From Takakia lepidozioides (lineage: Eukaryota > Plantae > Bryophyta), in the NCBI GenBank assembly GCA_030704615.1, contig CM060733.1:39556001-39620000 (forward strand): 64,000 bases of DNA, written 5' to 3'. The notes under the pieces are model-generated. The model did not search any database. It was not told the origin of the DNA and saw only the letters and a program-made list of their open reading frames with translations. A program made the translations under genes and the position numbers. Positions 24,857 to 36,619 of this stretch are shown here, piece by piece (the first letter of the stretch is position 1; each line of letters opens with the position of its first letter).

Positions 24857-27667
24857 CTCATTGCACATTTCACTGGATTTTATGTACTCCCCAAGCTTCT
24901 GCTAACACGCAGCCACATTGAGAAGCAATGAACTCTGCCAAAAATTACTGCCTTGTTAGCGCCAGACAATCCACACTTGCATAATGGTGATCTCTTGCAT
25001 GAATTGCTAAATGCAACTGGCCAAAGATCTCCCACTTTTCTTGAACACACATGCATTACCAAGGGACATACATCTTTATTAGTTCAACCAAATAACAAGG
25101 GAACAACAATCCTAGAAACCAGCAACAATCACCTGGCTCTTTACAAGCTCCTCACCTTCCTCATCATTTTGTGGATTTACATGCTTGAAATCCGTAAGCC
25201 CCAGTTACGGCCATTAGAAGGTGTCCACCTTCAGACTACACTTGAAAGACCAGGTGTGGAAAATTGTTGTGTAGAAGTTTTACACACGTAAAGCAGGTCA
25301 CTAAACTGGTCACTGATTACCTTATCATATTTGGCCTTGGCCACCTCAAACTTGGCTTCCTTGAATAGCCGGTTTCCCTGCACGCACATTTGCAGAGCAT
25401 CACATACAGCATAAAGTCGATCTCATTCAGGCACAGAACATCTCCAGCAATTAGTATGTTGGTTTCCTTGCACCATCACTGAAGACAGCCTAAATCAGAT
25501 CTATACGCTCCTACTTCATACAAGAAAGTAGTAAAGTGAGTATAAAGGCATACCGTGGATTTGATTGTATCCACTTCAGCCATTATTTCTTTGAAATTGA
25601 GGCCTGTCCAATCCTGCCACCACAAAGAGTTAGCTTAAAATTCCGCTCATTGATGTTTATCATTGATAACATGAAGCAATCTTTCTATCTTTCTAAGGGA
25701 CCAGAAACTACCTTTGTAAGGGGCTCACTCCGGTAGTATGACTTACCTTGATACAAACAATTAGTTCGGGTTTTCCAGATATCGTCTAGGAAGCCCTTCA
25801 AACAAGCATCAATCTGCTGTGTGTGAGCAGCCCAAGAGTTAGACTCCGACAGGGCCAGGGCTTTAGGCTCAACCTCAAGATTTTGGAAGTTGGCAAACAG
25901 AGGTGCCAAGACATTGTCCTGAAGAGGGTCACTCTCTGGTGAGAATATCCCGGACACTATCAGAAAATGGATATTGTCTTCAGGTTGCCCACACATCAGG
26001 TGATTACAATCTCCTCTTCCTCTCTGCATCTGTTTATTGTTCAAGGGTAGGGTCCTGCCCTCAGTTAAAATTTCAGTCCAGTGCCAAGGGTAGGTATGCC
26101 CTTGAGATCATCCTTAAGGTCTGCCCATGTCACAGACTGGAAACAAGTTCAGGGAAGTTTTATGCCTAACTTCATTTTCATCGGACAGCCTTTGGGCATC
26201 AGACATGGCTTTGGACACACCCCCCTCCAGGTCAGCTTCATCCAGTAGGGTCAATTCATCAGGACTGATATTCAGATACTTGAAAATCTCATCCACCTTT
26301 TCCCGCCAAGACTTGGCCTGTTTAACAGGACTGTCTAGCTTCCGATAAATAGATTCGATTACCTTAGGGTATCTGGTATTAGGCATGCGATTCAACCGAC
26401 CCCACCATCTGACCTTGAATTCATCACGTCGAGAGCTTAAGAGAGGTACGCCAGATGCACCCCGAACAGCCACATTAGCTGTTCTAGAACAAGCCGACAT
26501 GCTTTCTTTGAGCACTGCGGCCTGAATGGATTCTAGGGATTTAGCATAGTTGGAGTTGTCAACCCACACAGCAGATGCATGCTCCAAGGCCGGCCTTATA
26601 ACATTACAAGGATCAGCACAGGGTGAGTGTTGAGAGGCCCAGTCTCAAGCCTGTCGAAGATTAGCGAATGTACTCATCAGACGTTGCTTGCCTACGCCTT
26701 GTGGCCATAGACTCCACGCCCAGTTTGCGCGAAACAAAAGGGAACAGGCACTACCTTTGTGAGGGGGTCACTAGAGAGAGAGAGGAAAAGAGGAGTGAAG
26801 AACTGCACCAATGGTGTACAATTTTCCTGGAAGTATAGCCCGGCTTGAAAACTATCCAGAGTTGGCTAAAAAAACCTATGAAAGTACCTTCAAAGAAAAT
26901 ATTTCGCCTTCACGATCACAGTCCAGCCATAGCACCGCATCCACGTGCTTCTTGTTGCAGATGCTTACACACATGAGCCTGCCTTCATGCCAGTGTTCCA
27001 TATGTTAAGAGGAAGCAAGTATTCACTCATTATTTCCCAAATATCATTTACATTAGGAAGCCAACTCTGCTACTGGCATCCAATTCATTAACTCCATCTC
27101 ATCTAGCCTTTCCTTAGTGATGATAGAACTGATGACACGTGGCTTGAAGCAAATGGTGTCACTGGATTGAATGGTTGTATCTTTTCCAACCAACTACAAA
27201 TATTATGTAAACAGCAGATTCAAACAATAAAGGGTAACTTTAGTGCAAAACTTATCTACCTATCTATCTGGAAATTCCTTATTTGACAAGTGACTTCATG
27301 GCCTGCAGTGACTCTTCTATTTTGAAACAAGAAAAGCTGATGGTACAATAAAAATGATACAAATCCAGTGGCAGGAATTCAAATCTTTCTATCTTTCAGG
27401 AAGCAATTAACTGGATAAGGCCAACTGGCAGAAGAATTGAGTGTGGGAGAAAGGGTTGATAAGCCAAAAAACCACCAAAAATTGCATAGATTATTCAAGC
27501 ATGGACAGACTGTGGTCTGAGCTGTGAAAGGAAACGCTGGCCCACAGACTCATGTAGATGAGTATAAACAGTAAATGCACTAATGTAAATGGATGACCTT
27601 GCGTGTTTCAAATCCTAACAATTCCACCTCCCATTGCACTGAAGCCCCTTCTGGAAAAACTTCTGGC
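24857..27667 (-). pseudogene. PAS1: Captured genomic fragment of a PASTICCINO1/FKBP72-like immunophilin (5 consecutive exons)
   Basis: Exons 27667-27598 PEVFPEGASVQWEVELLGFETRK; 25613-25554 DWTGLNFKEIMAEVDTIKST; 25377-25321 GNRLFKEAKFEVAKAKYDK; ~25200-25133 DFKHVNPQNDEEGEE; ~24934-24857 LLLNVAAC*QKLGEYIKSSEMCN. This follows the FKBP-to-TPR junction of plant PAS1 as I recall it. One in-frame stop. Confidence 0.85.
25685..26600 (-). mobile_element. 5'-truncated non-LTR retrotransposon 3' fragment (RTEX/L2-like post-RT region plus Cys/His knuckle) in the PAS1 intron
   Basis: LEHASAVW...LESIQ...TANVAVRG..G...LSSRR...VRWWGRLNRM..RYPK, then LRAG.LPLN..MCGQPEDNIHFL. Confidence 0.7.
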
Positions 27668-28224
27668 CTGCACCCAATCAATTTGTTTCCAGTTGCAATC
27701 ATGGAGCAAAAGATAGCATGAGAGATCCCACTCACTAAAGTTTTAAAAATTGACCTTCATCTTTGTAAAGGACGTCAACCGCAATTAGACATCACGAGCT
27801 GGATTGGACACCAGCGTTGAGTTGGGAATTTGTCTGCAATGATTTGAAAGTGAGCCACATAGAAGTCTTCCCAGAAGAATACCTGGGAAACTTTTCATAG
27901 GCGTACTTGGAGACACTGTTAATAAGAGCAAGCTCCCCTGGAAGCATCAGTCGGAGACTCGTTTCAAGTCCTCAGGTACCTGCAAAAGCATACAGACAAC
28001 GGCTCATCCACAGAAGAAGTACATCAATCAATTCAATGTCCACAATGGTCACAACACTTATAGCAAAGACAGAAACTGTAGGGTTGCAATCCTGTAACAC
28101 TTGCTCCGCACCTTTCCTGGAACCAAAGTCACGGGAGAGACAAAAACGATTACCTTTAGAAAAGCCCAAAACTAACGCCTTGTCTGTTAGGGCAGCGAAC
28201 TCCAACTCAACATACACGTACTTG

Positions 28225-28575
28225 AGGTGTACTAGGTACAGGAGAAATATGCAGTGTATATGTTTAGATATACAAGAAGTATACGCTGACCCAAGGTCAA
28301 CTAGGGTTAGTTACGGGACATGAGACATGACTCATGTTTTTCATCCAAGTCCCCGGGATGGGAATCTTATCCAGAATCTTAAGCCCGGGCACTAGAATCT
28401 GTCCCGGGCTTTTGGAACATTAAGCCCGGGATAGAGAATAGTTTAAGAATATTCAAATCTTTTGGCCCGGGGCTAGAGAATATCCTAGAGAATTTTAGAA
28501 TCTTATGCCCGGGCTAGAGAATCTTGTCCCGGGCTTTTGGAAAATTTACTAGTATGGCCTTTTTGGGCTTCCGTA
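28225..28575 (-). repeat. Right terminal and subterminal inverted repeat of the IS3EU-like element, with more CCCGGG/AGAAT motif copies than the left end
   Basis: agtatggcctttttgggcttccgta end; about seven cccggg motifs in 28351-28533. Confidence 0.85.
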
Positions 28576-28585
28576 GCTGGCCACA

Positions 28586-30487
28586 GGCCTCGGCACTAAG
28601 TCCCAAGCCATTTCAGGATAGTGCCGTGGCCCGGGCTCCCGTGCTCATGCCCAGGCTGGCTTGTTCCTGGCTCCCTGCCACCCTCCTGATCGCTGCCCTG
28701 CCTTCTAGCTAGCTCCCTGCCACGTCGTGATGTAGCTAGATTAGATCTAGATGTCAAACGAGATACCATAATCACAACTTTGGGCTTAACCCTTAAGTTC
28801 CCAAGCGACTCACTTTGAATTTGCAGTTGGACCTAATTTTTGCAGATCTAATCTGATGGGGCCACTCCTGAAGCTTTAATGACAAGGGATTTGTCTCGAG
28901 TATGATGCAAAAAACAAAATTGAAAAAAAAACAAAAGCTACGACCTACAAAGAATATCTTAGATCTCTCATTTCCGTTTTGGGCCTGAAAAGGGCTGTTG
29001 ACCGCTGACGTGGCAGGTAAACAAGCCCAAAACAGATTGCACTCCAAAGGCCATTTTTGGCAGAAAATTAGCAATTTTGGAAAAAGCACTTCACCTTGTG
29101 GTGTGTGAGCATTACATACACACATCCACCATTGGCTTTTAAAAAATTTGTAGAAAAAAAAGTACTTCATTTGGAGGCACATTTTCTCTTGTCAATTTTG
29201 AGATGTAATTGCATGCATAGCAACCATAAGTGAAAAAATCAGTTGGACCTGCAATTTAGTGGGGTCATAGCCAACTCCACTATTGATTTGGAAATGGTGG
29301 GTCTTGGGGCAAGCAAAATTGGATAAAGCTAGGTTTTGATTTGGTCAAACCTATTTCTTTCTCACTTTTTCGTTGGGACCTAATATTTGAGGTCCGGGCC
29401 AACGCTATAATCTCACAATTTCCACGGTGGACTTGGCTCATTTTTTGGTATGTCATGCATAAATGAGCTGGGCCCATTGCTATAAGGCTGGAATCTGGGG
29501 ATGATTTTTGGTAGGTTTCTAGGGGCAATTTACTCCAGCTGGGTACCCAAAATTGGTAAAAAGTCAAAAAAGGGCTTGGGAACTTAAGGGTTAAGCGGTT
29601 CTGCCATCCGAGCTGCCATCTAGACTGGGTTGTGGGGTGAAGAAGTCTGCTTGCAAGCAGGGTGCAGGCAGTGGAACCACTCATAGTTGCAACCCATCAA
29701 AGTTCAAGCTGTACATGGCCTTGGGAGTCAGCCCTCGGGATCAAGCTTGTCAAATAAGGTAATCTACGAGCCCGCTGCAGGTATCAATGAGATGAAAACA
29801 CTCGTCAACAGAAGACGTAGAAGGACGGGACGGTTGGACCTCGGTTGGTATGATCGTGTCAATCTAATTCCTGGAGAGTGCATGTCGAATTCGGGGGCCA
29901 TCACCCTTTCTCGTCCAAGTCCAGACTCCAGACATCTTGAACATGAGGTCAATGGACTAACAGAGACGTCCAGATTCATAGTGCACAGTTTCTGAAGTGG
30001 GAGCTGTTGATAGCTTCACATCCATCCTGCACGTCTGACTTATCACACTCTCTAACTCGGAAAAGTAGTAAAACTCTCTAAAGTTGGTCTTCCTCCAGAT
30101 CTTGGTGACATATCTGTTCCCGACTAACCGGTCGAAGAAATAACTTCGTGCTCTTGAAAATGAGTCCTTCAGAATAAAATGCTTATAGACCCACCGGGTA
30201 ACGGGTTCTTCTTCAAGCGAGTGCGTTGGCTTCCATCACTGCCTCCTTATGGGAAACTGGGACCTGACAAGAGTAACCTCTTGCAGTAATAACTTGCTCC
30301 AATATGATCGGCCTGGTGTTGGGCGTCGACATCAAGCGGAGCCCGCGGGCCAGCAAGAGCGCATGGGCACGTCGCAGGGGGAGCTAACCTGGCAGCGGGG
30401 CCAGCCAGCAACCCAGCCCGGGCATGAGGACGGGAGCCCGGCCCGCGGTACTATCCTGAAAATGGCTTGGGACTTAGTGCCGAGGCC
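28586..30487. repeat. ~95-bp GC-rich inverted repeat pair (28586-28680 / 30390-30487)
   Basis: ggcctcggcactaagtcccaagccatttcaggatagt is exactly complemented by actatcctgaaatggcttgggacttagtgccgaggcc; imperfect similarity continues for ~60 bp. Confidence 0.8.
28790..29590. mobile_element. piggyBac-like non-autonomous element (801 bp)
   Basis: TTAA|CCCTTAAGTTCCCAAGC ... GCTTGGGAACTTAAGGG|TTAA: 17-bp perfect TIR, CCC..GGG ends, TTAA on both sides. Confidence 0.82.
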
Positions 30488-33400
30488 CGGCCGGTTCCGC
30501 CGGGGAACGCCCCCTCCGGCTGCCTGTGGGAAGGGACGTCAAATCCTCCCCACCCCTCAAAGCCTCCCCCTCATCCGCACTGGCTCCCAGTGCAATCCAT
30601 GAACTGCATACATAGAAAAGAAGGGAAGCGAGAGACGAGAGACAAGGAAACAAGAAACTGTCCTTAACAAGCAGTATCCAATAAGGGATTCTGTAAGATG
30701 TTAGGCAGGTTATATATATATAGTACACGAAGTAACGAATAAGCAAACAGTGTAGTGACTGATATGCAGTTTAACACTGCAGTTCTTGCATTGCGTCTTG
30801 TGTCATGCCCTCTGCCTCAGCTAGTCTTGTCTTGAGCATGGATATCTGCACTCGTACCCCAAACCCGGTCATGCCTTTTGGTAGATACACCACTTCTAAC
30901 ATCAATTCCTCTGGCATGTATGTAAATAACCTTCAGCATGTGACCCCACTAACTGGAGAACAGGTGATTCCATAGAAAAGAAAGAACAGGAAACAGCAGG
31001 AGGCCAAAAAGACCAAAGGGAAAGGTAAAGCTTTGCCAGGAATGAGAGAGAGCATCTCCCAGAAGTGTGAGCTTTCACTGCCAGTTTCGTTCATTCGTTG
31101 GGGTCTTCAGAGCCGTTTCAGAGTGGTAGGTGTATACTATAAAACTCGAAGATCCCACAAAATGGTATGCTTTAGCTTGACTGGACGAGTCCAAAACCAG
31201 CCGGGTTTGAGTTAATTATCTGAGCGATAAACTTGTTTTTGAAACGTTGGTGAAATGTTTGGAAGCAGACAAGGCCTGGATCAAGCTAAAGAAGCAATGT
31301 CATCAGAGTTGGATTACTTTGTAGACATTTTGGGATCACAGACTAATAGTAATTTGCCGATGATAGAAAATTGCAGTGTTGAGCTTCCAGAGGTGAACTG
31401 AAGGTGACCTTGTAAGAGATGTAAGCGCACTTGATGGTTTAAGATGTGAGGAGTCCCAGCACAGCAACAAAACCCCAGTTGGTGACAAGGCATGTGAGGA
31501 CAGGACAATGGATATAAAGGATGAATCTGACTGGAAGGTGGTCAAGGCTGTGAAGGGCATTGAAATGTCTACGGGAATGATCTTACCTTACTCAAAGATG
31601 GTGCAAATAGTGGACAGCGTGGACTAAGTTAGAGAGCAGATCGTGGAGAAGATTAAATCAACAGGCTCTAGCAATGGAAAGCATTTGTCTTCATTCAGAT
31701 TGGGCACAAAAAGAATGCTGCGGGTGAGCTGGAGAATAAAATCACTCCGAGCGTGGGGTGGAGGTTTCTGAGCAGGCACCTTGCAATGGTAAGAAGCAAT
31801 GAAAGTGCTAAGCTGGTAGGTGGTCGACAAATCAGGAAAACGAGGTCAGTGAGCGCCACTTCTGCTGCTCTTGTGGTTCAGCCTGGTGATTCAGGAGGTG
31901 CGCAACTAAGTCAGTGCCGTTCTGAAGGGAGAGCGACAGACGATCAGAACAAGAGTAGATTCTTGATGCGTTCTGGCTCAGGCGCAGAAAACCTGGCGTG
32001 TGTATTGCAGGGAGGAACGGGGACAGCTGTGAATAGGAGGTGTGTCTTTCTGTACTGTCCTGAAGGGAGCTTGAGTAGAGTGTTTTGGTACGCGAGTCAC
32101 TGCCTTATAATAGCCATTGGGTTATCTGATTGCCGGGACTCATTTCTGCCACCAGAGCTGAGCATCTTGTCCTTCTTTTGACAAAGTTGCTTCAACGGTA
32201 TGCTACTTATGAAAGACCATTCCATCTCTGATGCAGATGGCTGTGGTCTCTCCCCTGATACCCTGAATGCCACATGTTCAGCTCTGATTGCTCTTCTTAA
32301 AGCACCCTGTTGTTCCAGCGCTCCATCAATTATGAAGATGCATAAAAAAGCCATGACAAATGTAGAAGATGGAGAAACCATTCAAACCATCTTTAAAACC
32401 TTCACTCTGATTCTTCAAGATGAATGCCTGGCAAGTAGAGCTCTGTTTGCCAGAAAGCTAGCCTCGCATTCTGATTTAGTCTTAGTTTCGAGGCCATGGC
32501 TCGATTTCCTTCAGAGCAACTGAAGCAGACTGCTCACAAGGTCATCAGCGGTTTGGTTGACCAACTTACCTCATGTGGACAACTCATCAGAGGAGCTATA
32601 CCAAACTTGCCCTCTGATCCCACAGAACCAAACCCACATGTATCAGAAATCCATCCAAACTATGGCAGAAAGAAATGGAATTGAGACTGGAGACAATTGG
32701 GATTGATGAAATTCTGCAGTCCCATCTGGAAGCAATGAAATTGAGATTGCAATTTTGGTCTGATGGCAGGTCAGCCCATGCAGCGCCTCCAAGAAGACTC
32801 ATGCTCAGACCCTGCCCACCCATCCCCACTATGAGACCCAGTATCTGTTTCACAGCAGCACAACCGAAACCGCCACCTCTGTGAACTATGTTCTACTGAA
32901 TAGATGAGAAAGAAGCACCTTGAGACTTTACATAGTCGATGATCTCCCCAAGCATTGGTGTCTTGTCTGTCTGCATGTGACTCGACCCAACAGTGCTTTC
33001 AGCCACTCAGCGATCCGTTCTCTTTGCAGCTGCCATCCACTCCAGCACTATAAAAGTGCTTCCCAATGTTGGCATCATTAGCTCGCCACGTGAAGCATCC
33101 TCAAACTGACTCCAGAAGCCTACGCACACCTCAGTGAGAAATATGTTCCACATGCAAGCTCAGTTTGCGTAGCTACTAAGGGAAACCCCACTCATTGTAG
33201 AAATGAAAGGTTTCATAGGAAAGAGAACACATCCTTACCACAAAAAAAAGGTGGACCGAGGAGCTCCCAAGTTGACGAGCTCCCCCCCTCTTCCCTGCAG
33301 GTTTCGCAGTCGTGGAGTCAAGCAGCTCCCACGAGCTCCGTCCACCATAGCCGCGTGGAAGACGGGCGGGCAGCCCGAAGTATTTTTCTTTGCCCTCCTG

Positions 33401-33715
33401 TTAACAAACTGCTGCGCGGCAGTTTGTTAGCAGCCAGGTGCGGCCGCCGCCCAGTTTCCTACCAGACCTGCTAGCTAACCGGCGCGATAGCTACGGCTAC
33501 TGGCCTGCTAGCTAACTGGCAGGTGCGGCCGGGCCCTAAGGTTGATTGTTCATCTCCAAATTGTCTAGCCGATATGCCAATTTTGTTACAGGAATACCAC
33601 AAAAACCTCACTGTTAGTGGGTAGAGATAGGGTAACCTGGGAAAGGAAGTACTGTCCAGAACAGTGAACCCCAATAACCTGGAAGATTTATGTTTGTTGC
33701 TTGTTTCTCACATCA

Positions 33716-36301
33716 TTACCAATAATCCCCACAAGAACACACCCCATTCTTGAAGTGATGGAAGCGATTTGAATCCCTGGCATAAATTTCTCGCCCCACA
33801 ATCATAGAGATGAACTTGGTGGCTGTGTGACAATCACCACACACCCTAAGGTTCTTGATTATGCGTATAGGTGTCCCAGGGGGTGTACTTATGAGCCCAA
33901 AAGCAATGGCCAGCTTTTCGCTGTGGTGGCAGAGAGCCTGTTCTTTTGTCTGCAGATCCACATCATGCAAGACCAAGCTTGCATCTGGCGAATACCCGGC
34001 CTCCTTTATCTGCCCAGTCACTCTGTCCAACTCAGCATATATCTCCTCTGATTGGGGGTGGGATCTATCTTCTGCAACAAATGTGTGCATAATGTTCTTG
34101 ACTTGAATCCAGCTGCGGCCTGGCTCCTTCTTCACACTTCTGTCCGTCATCACTTTCCTCACTTTCGCTACATCATCCCACCTCCCTGCTACAGAATAGA
34201 TGTTTGAAAGCTGCACATACACTGAAGCATTTTGTGGTTCCAACTTAAGGATACATTCTGTGGCGCGTTCTGCTAGTTCCACATTGCCATGCATCCTGCA
34301 AGCACCAAGCAAGGCCCCCCATACTGGAGCATCTGGTTCAAATGGCATTTTGTTGATCAAGTCCTCAGCCTCATCCAAGTACCCCGTGCGGCCAAGAAGG
34401 TCAACCATGCAACCAAAGTGCTTTCCTGTTGGTGTGATGCCATTGTATAGACCCATAGAACTAAAGTAATGACAACCTTCCTCGATTAGGCCCCCGCGGC
34501 TGCATGCCAAAAGTACACCAAGAAATGACACGTCGTTTGGCTTCACCCCTTCTAGATCCATCTCTTCGAAAAGGTGGAGGGCCTCCTCAAAAGGCCCATG
34601 TTGCGCATATCCAATAATCATCGCATTCCATGAGACCACGTCTCGTCCCAGAATTTTGTCAAACACTTTCCTTGCATCCTCCAAACTGCCACACTTTGCA
34701 TACATGTCGATAATGGCATTCTGCACACAGACATCTGATTCACATCCAGATTTTACAATGCAGTCATGGACCCGCTTGCCCTCTTCCAGGGCTGAGAGAC
34801 TCGCACACGCATTCAAGACATTAATGAAAGTGACCTCATTAGGCTTCACACCTCGTTGTTGCATGAGCTGAAAAAGTCTGATTGCCTCTGCACCATGCCT
34901 TTCCTGAGAAAATCCTGCAATCATTGCATTCCAGGAGATCAAATCTCGGATAAGTATTTTATCAAAAACTCTGCAAGCATCCAGTACACTGCCGCACTTG
35001 CAGTACATGCTGACAAGGGCAGTGCCCACTCGGACATCTGACTCGAATCCAGATTTTATAATGCACACATGGAGCCCCTTGCCTTGTTCCAGGGCTACTG
35101 GGCTGTCACATGCATTCAGGATGCTCACAAAGGTGATTTTATTTGGTTTAACAGTTTGTTCCATTTGCCAAAATAATTCAAAAGCCTCTGCACTATGCCC
35201 TTCCTGAGCAAGTCCTGCAATCATCGCATTCCATGAGACCACATTTCGCACAGGCATTTTGAAGAAGACTCCCCGAGCATCCACCAGTCCCCCGCACCTG
35301 CAATACATGCTGACAAGGGCATTTCCAACCTGAATATCTGACTGAAATCCACCTGTATTGATTTTTGCATGGACCCACTTCCCCTGTTCCATAGCTGCGG
35401 GGGAGGCACATGCATTGAGGATGCTAATGAAAGTGACCTTGTCAGGCTTCACTCCTGCTCCATGCATTCTTCTAAATAGCTCGAATGCATCCACACTACG
35501 CCCTTGCTGAGCAGATCCTGCAATCATCGCATTCCATGAGACCACATTTTGTTCAGGCATTTTGAAGAAAACTTGGCGCGCTTCCACCACACTCCCACAC
35601 TTGCAATACATGCTGACAAGGGCAGTCCCCACTCTGACATCTGCCTCCAGTCCAGCTTGGATGATCCTCTCATGGAGCCGCTTGCCCCGTTCTAAGGCTG
35701 CCGGGCTAGCACATGCATTAAGGATGCCCATGAAGGTGATCTTGTTTGGATCCACGCCTTCCTGTTCCATTTGCTCAAAGAGTTCAAATGCACCTTGCTC
35801 ACCATTACTTTGCTGAGCTAATCCTGCTATCATCGCATTCCATGAGATTATATCCCGTTTCGGCATCTCGTTAAACACATCTCGGGCATCCTTAACACTC
35901 CCGCACTTGACATACATGCTGACAAGGGTATTTCCTAGAAAAACGTCTGGCTTGAATCCACTTTTGATGATGTGGGTATGGACTTCCTTGCCGTCTGCTA
36001 AAGCTTTCGTCTTAGCAAACCCTTGCAACAGACGAGCACAGGTATCGGAATACGCCCGGAAGCCTTGTTCCTGCACTCGATCCAAAACGTGGAGTGCTTC
36101 CTTCTCCTTGCACCCCACGCTCACATCCCCGACGGTTCGAGATGTACCGCCTCCCTGCGTTTTTCTACCCCTTCCAATAGCAACAGTCAAAATGGTGGCA
36201 GTGCCAAGATTCCCGTCCTTGCTCCGACTATGATGCTGAACAAGACAAGTGTTCCAGACTTGAAATCCCCCCTCCCTGCACGATACACATCCGACGATCA
36301 A
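33716..36301 (-). CDS. PLS-class PPR protein with E1/E2 and DYW deaminase domain (organellar C-to-U editing factor); true start uncertain
   Basis: Repeated P-L-S triplets (VVSWNAMIAG / PNKITF.SILNACAS / DVRVGTALVSMYCKCG), PG box KKEPGRSWI, HSEKLAIAFGL, KNLRVCGDCH, terminal HHFKNGVCSCGDYW; uninterrupted ORF. Confidence 0.95.
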   Translation of the reverse strand: MIVGCVSCREGGFQVWNTCLVQHHSRSKDGNLGTATILTVAIGRGRKTQGGGTSRTVGDVSVGCKEKEALHVLDRVQEQGFRAYSDTCARLLQGFAKTKALADGKEVHTHIIKSGFKPDVFLGNTLVSMYVKCGSVKDARDVFNEMPKRDIISWNAMIAGLAQQSNGEQGAFELFEQMEQEGVDPNKITFMGILNACASPAALERGKRLHERIIQAGLEADVRVGTALVSMYCKCGSVVEARQVFFKMPEQNVVSWNAMIAGSAQQGRSVDAFELFRRMHGAGVKPDKVTFISILNACASPAAMEQGKWVHAKINTGGFQSDIQVGNALVSMYCRCGGLVDARGVFFKMPVRNVVSWNAMIAGLAQEGHSAEAFELFWQMEQTVKPNKITFVSILNACDSPVALEQGKGLHVCIIKSGFESDVRVGTALVSMYCKCGSVLDACRVFDKILIRDLISWNAMIAGFSQERHGAEAIRLFQLMQQRGVKPNEVTFINVLNACASLSALEEGKRVHDCIVKSGCESDVCVQNAIIDMYAKCGSLEDARKVFDKILGRDVVSWNAMIIGYAQHGPFEEALHLFEEMDLEGVKPNDVSFLGVLLACSRGGLIEEGCHYFSSMGLYNGITPTGKHFGCMVDLLGRTGYLDEAEDLINKMPFEPDAPVWGALLGACRMHGNVELAERATECILKLEPQNASVYVQLSNIYSVAGRWDDVAKVRKVMTDRSVKKEPGRSWIQVKNIMHTFVAEDRSHPQSEEIYAELDRVTGQIKEAGYSPDASLVLHDVDLQTKEQALCHHSEKLAIAFGLISTPPGTPIRIIKNLRVCGDCHTATKFISMIVGREIYARDSNRFHHFKNGVCSCGDYW

Positions 36302-36619
36302 TGCCTAATTTTGTTGTCGAGACCAGCTTCTTCCCTGTTCATTCTGTGTGATCGAGACTGCAGAGAAGAGGGATGGAAGTAAAGCATACCGAACACTCCG
36401 GAGTCGGCGATGGCAGCCCATCGCAGCAGTACCCCCTGGTAGATGTTGAGCACGGACTGTGGTGCATGGTTGATGCTGCGAGCATCCTCTTGTTCACAGA
36501 TCTCTCAAACAGACACTGCACACCTCGCTGCACGGAGTGGTATATACAAAACATTCCCCGTTCTCCCAACACATCAAAGGGACTCCAGAAAAAAAACAAA
36601 TTCTTACTCGGCTACTTAA

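Larger units (their letters stand above)
11734..28575 (+). mobile_element. IS3EU-like DNA transposon, 16,842 bp
   Basis: Left end TACGGAAGCCCAAAAAGGCCATACT and its exact reverse complement ending at 28575. Identical 6-bp flanks GCTGGC at 11728-11733 and 28576-28581. Internal IS3/integrase-type transposase. Confidence 0.9.

Noticed and set aside
29600-33200. Scattered 60-140-aa ORFs
   Set aside because: No recognisable motifs; probably decayed repeats that I cannot classify by eye.
33250-33539. Harbinger-like end (gcggccgggccc-TAA) similar to 5693-5707
   Set aside because: No partner TIR found, so it cannot be delimited as an element.
33716-34130. U-to-C (KP-type) DYW editing factor
   Set aside because: The canonical PG box, HSEKLA and terminal DYW indicate the ordinary C-to-U type.
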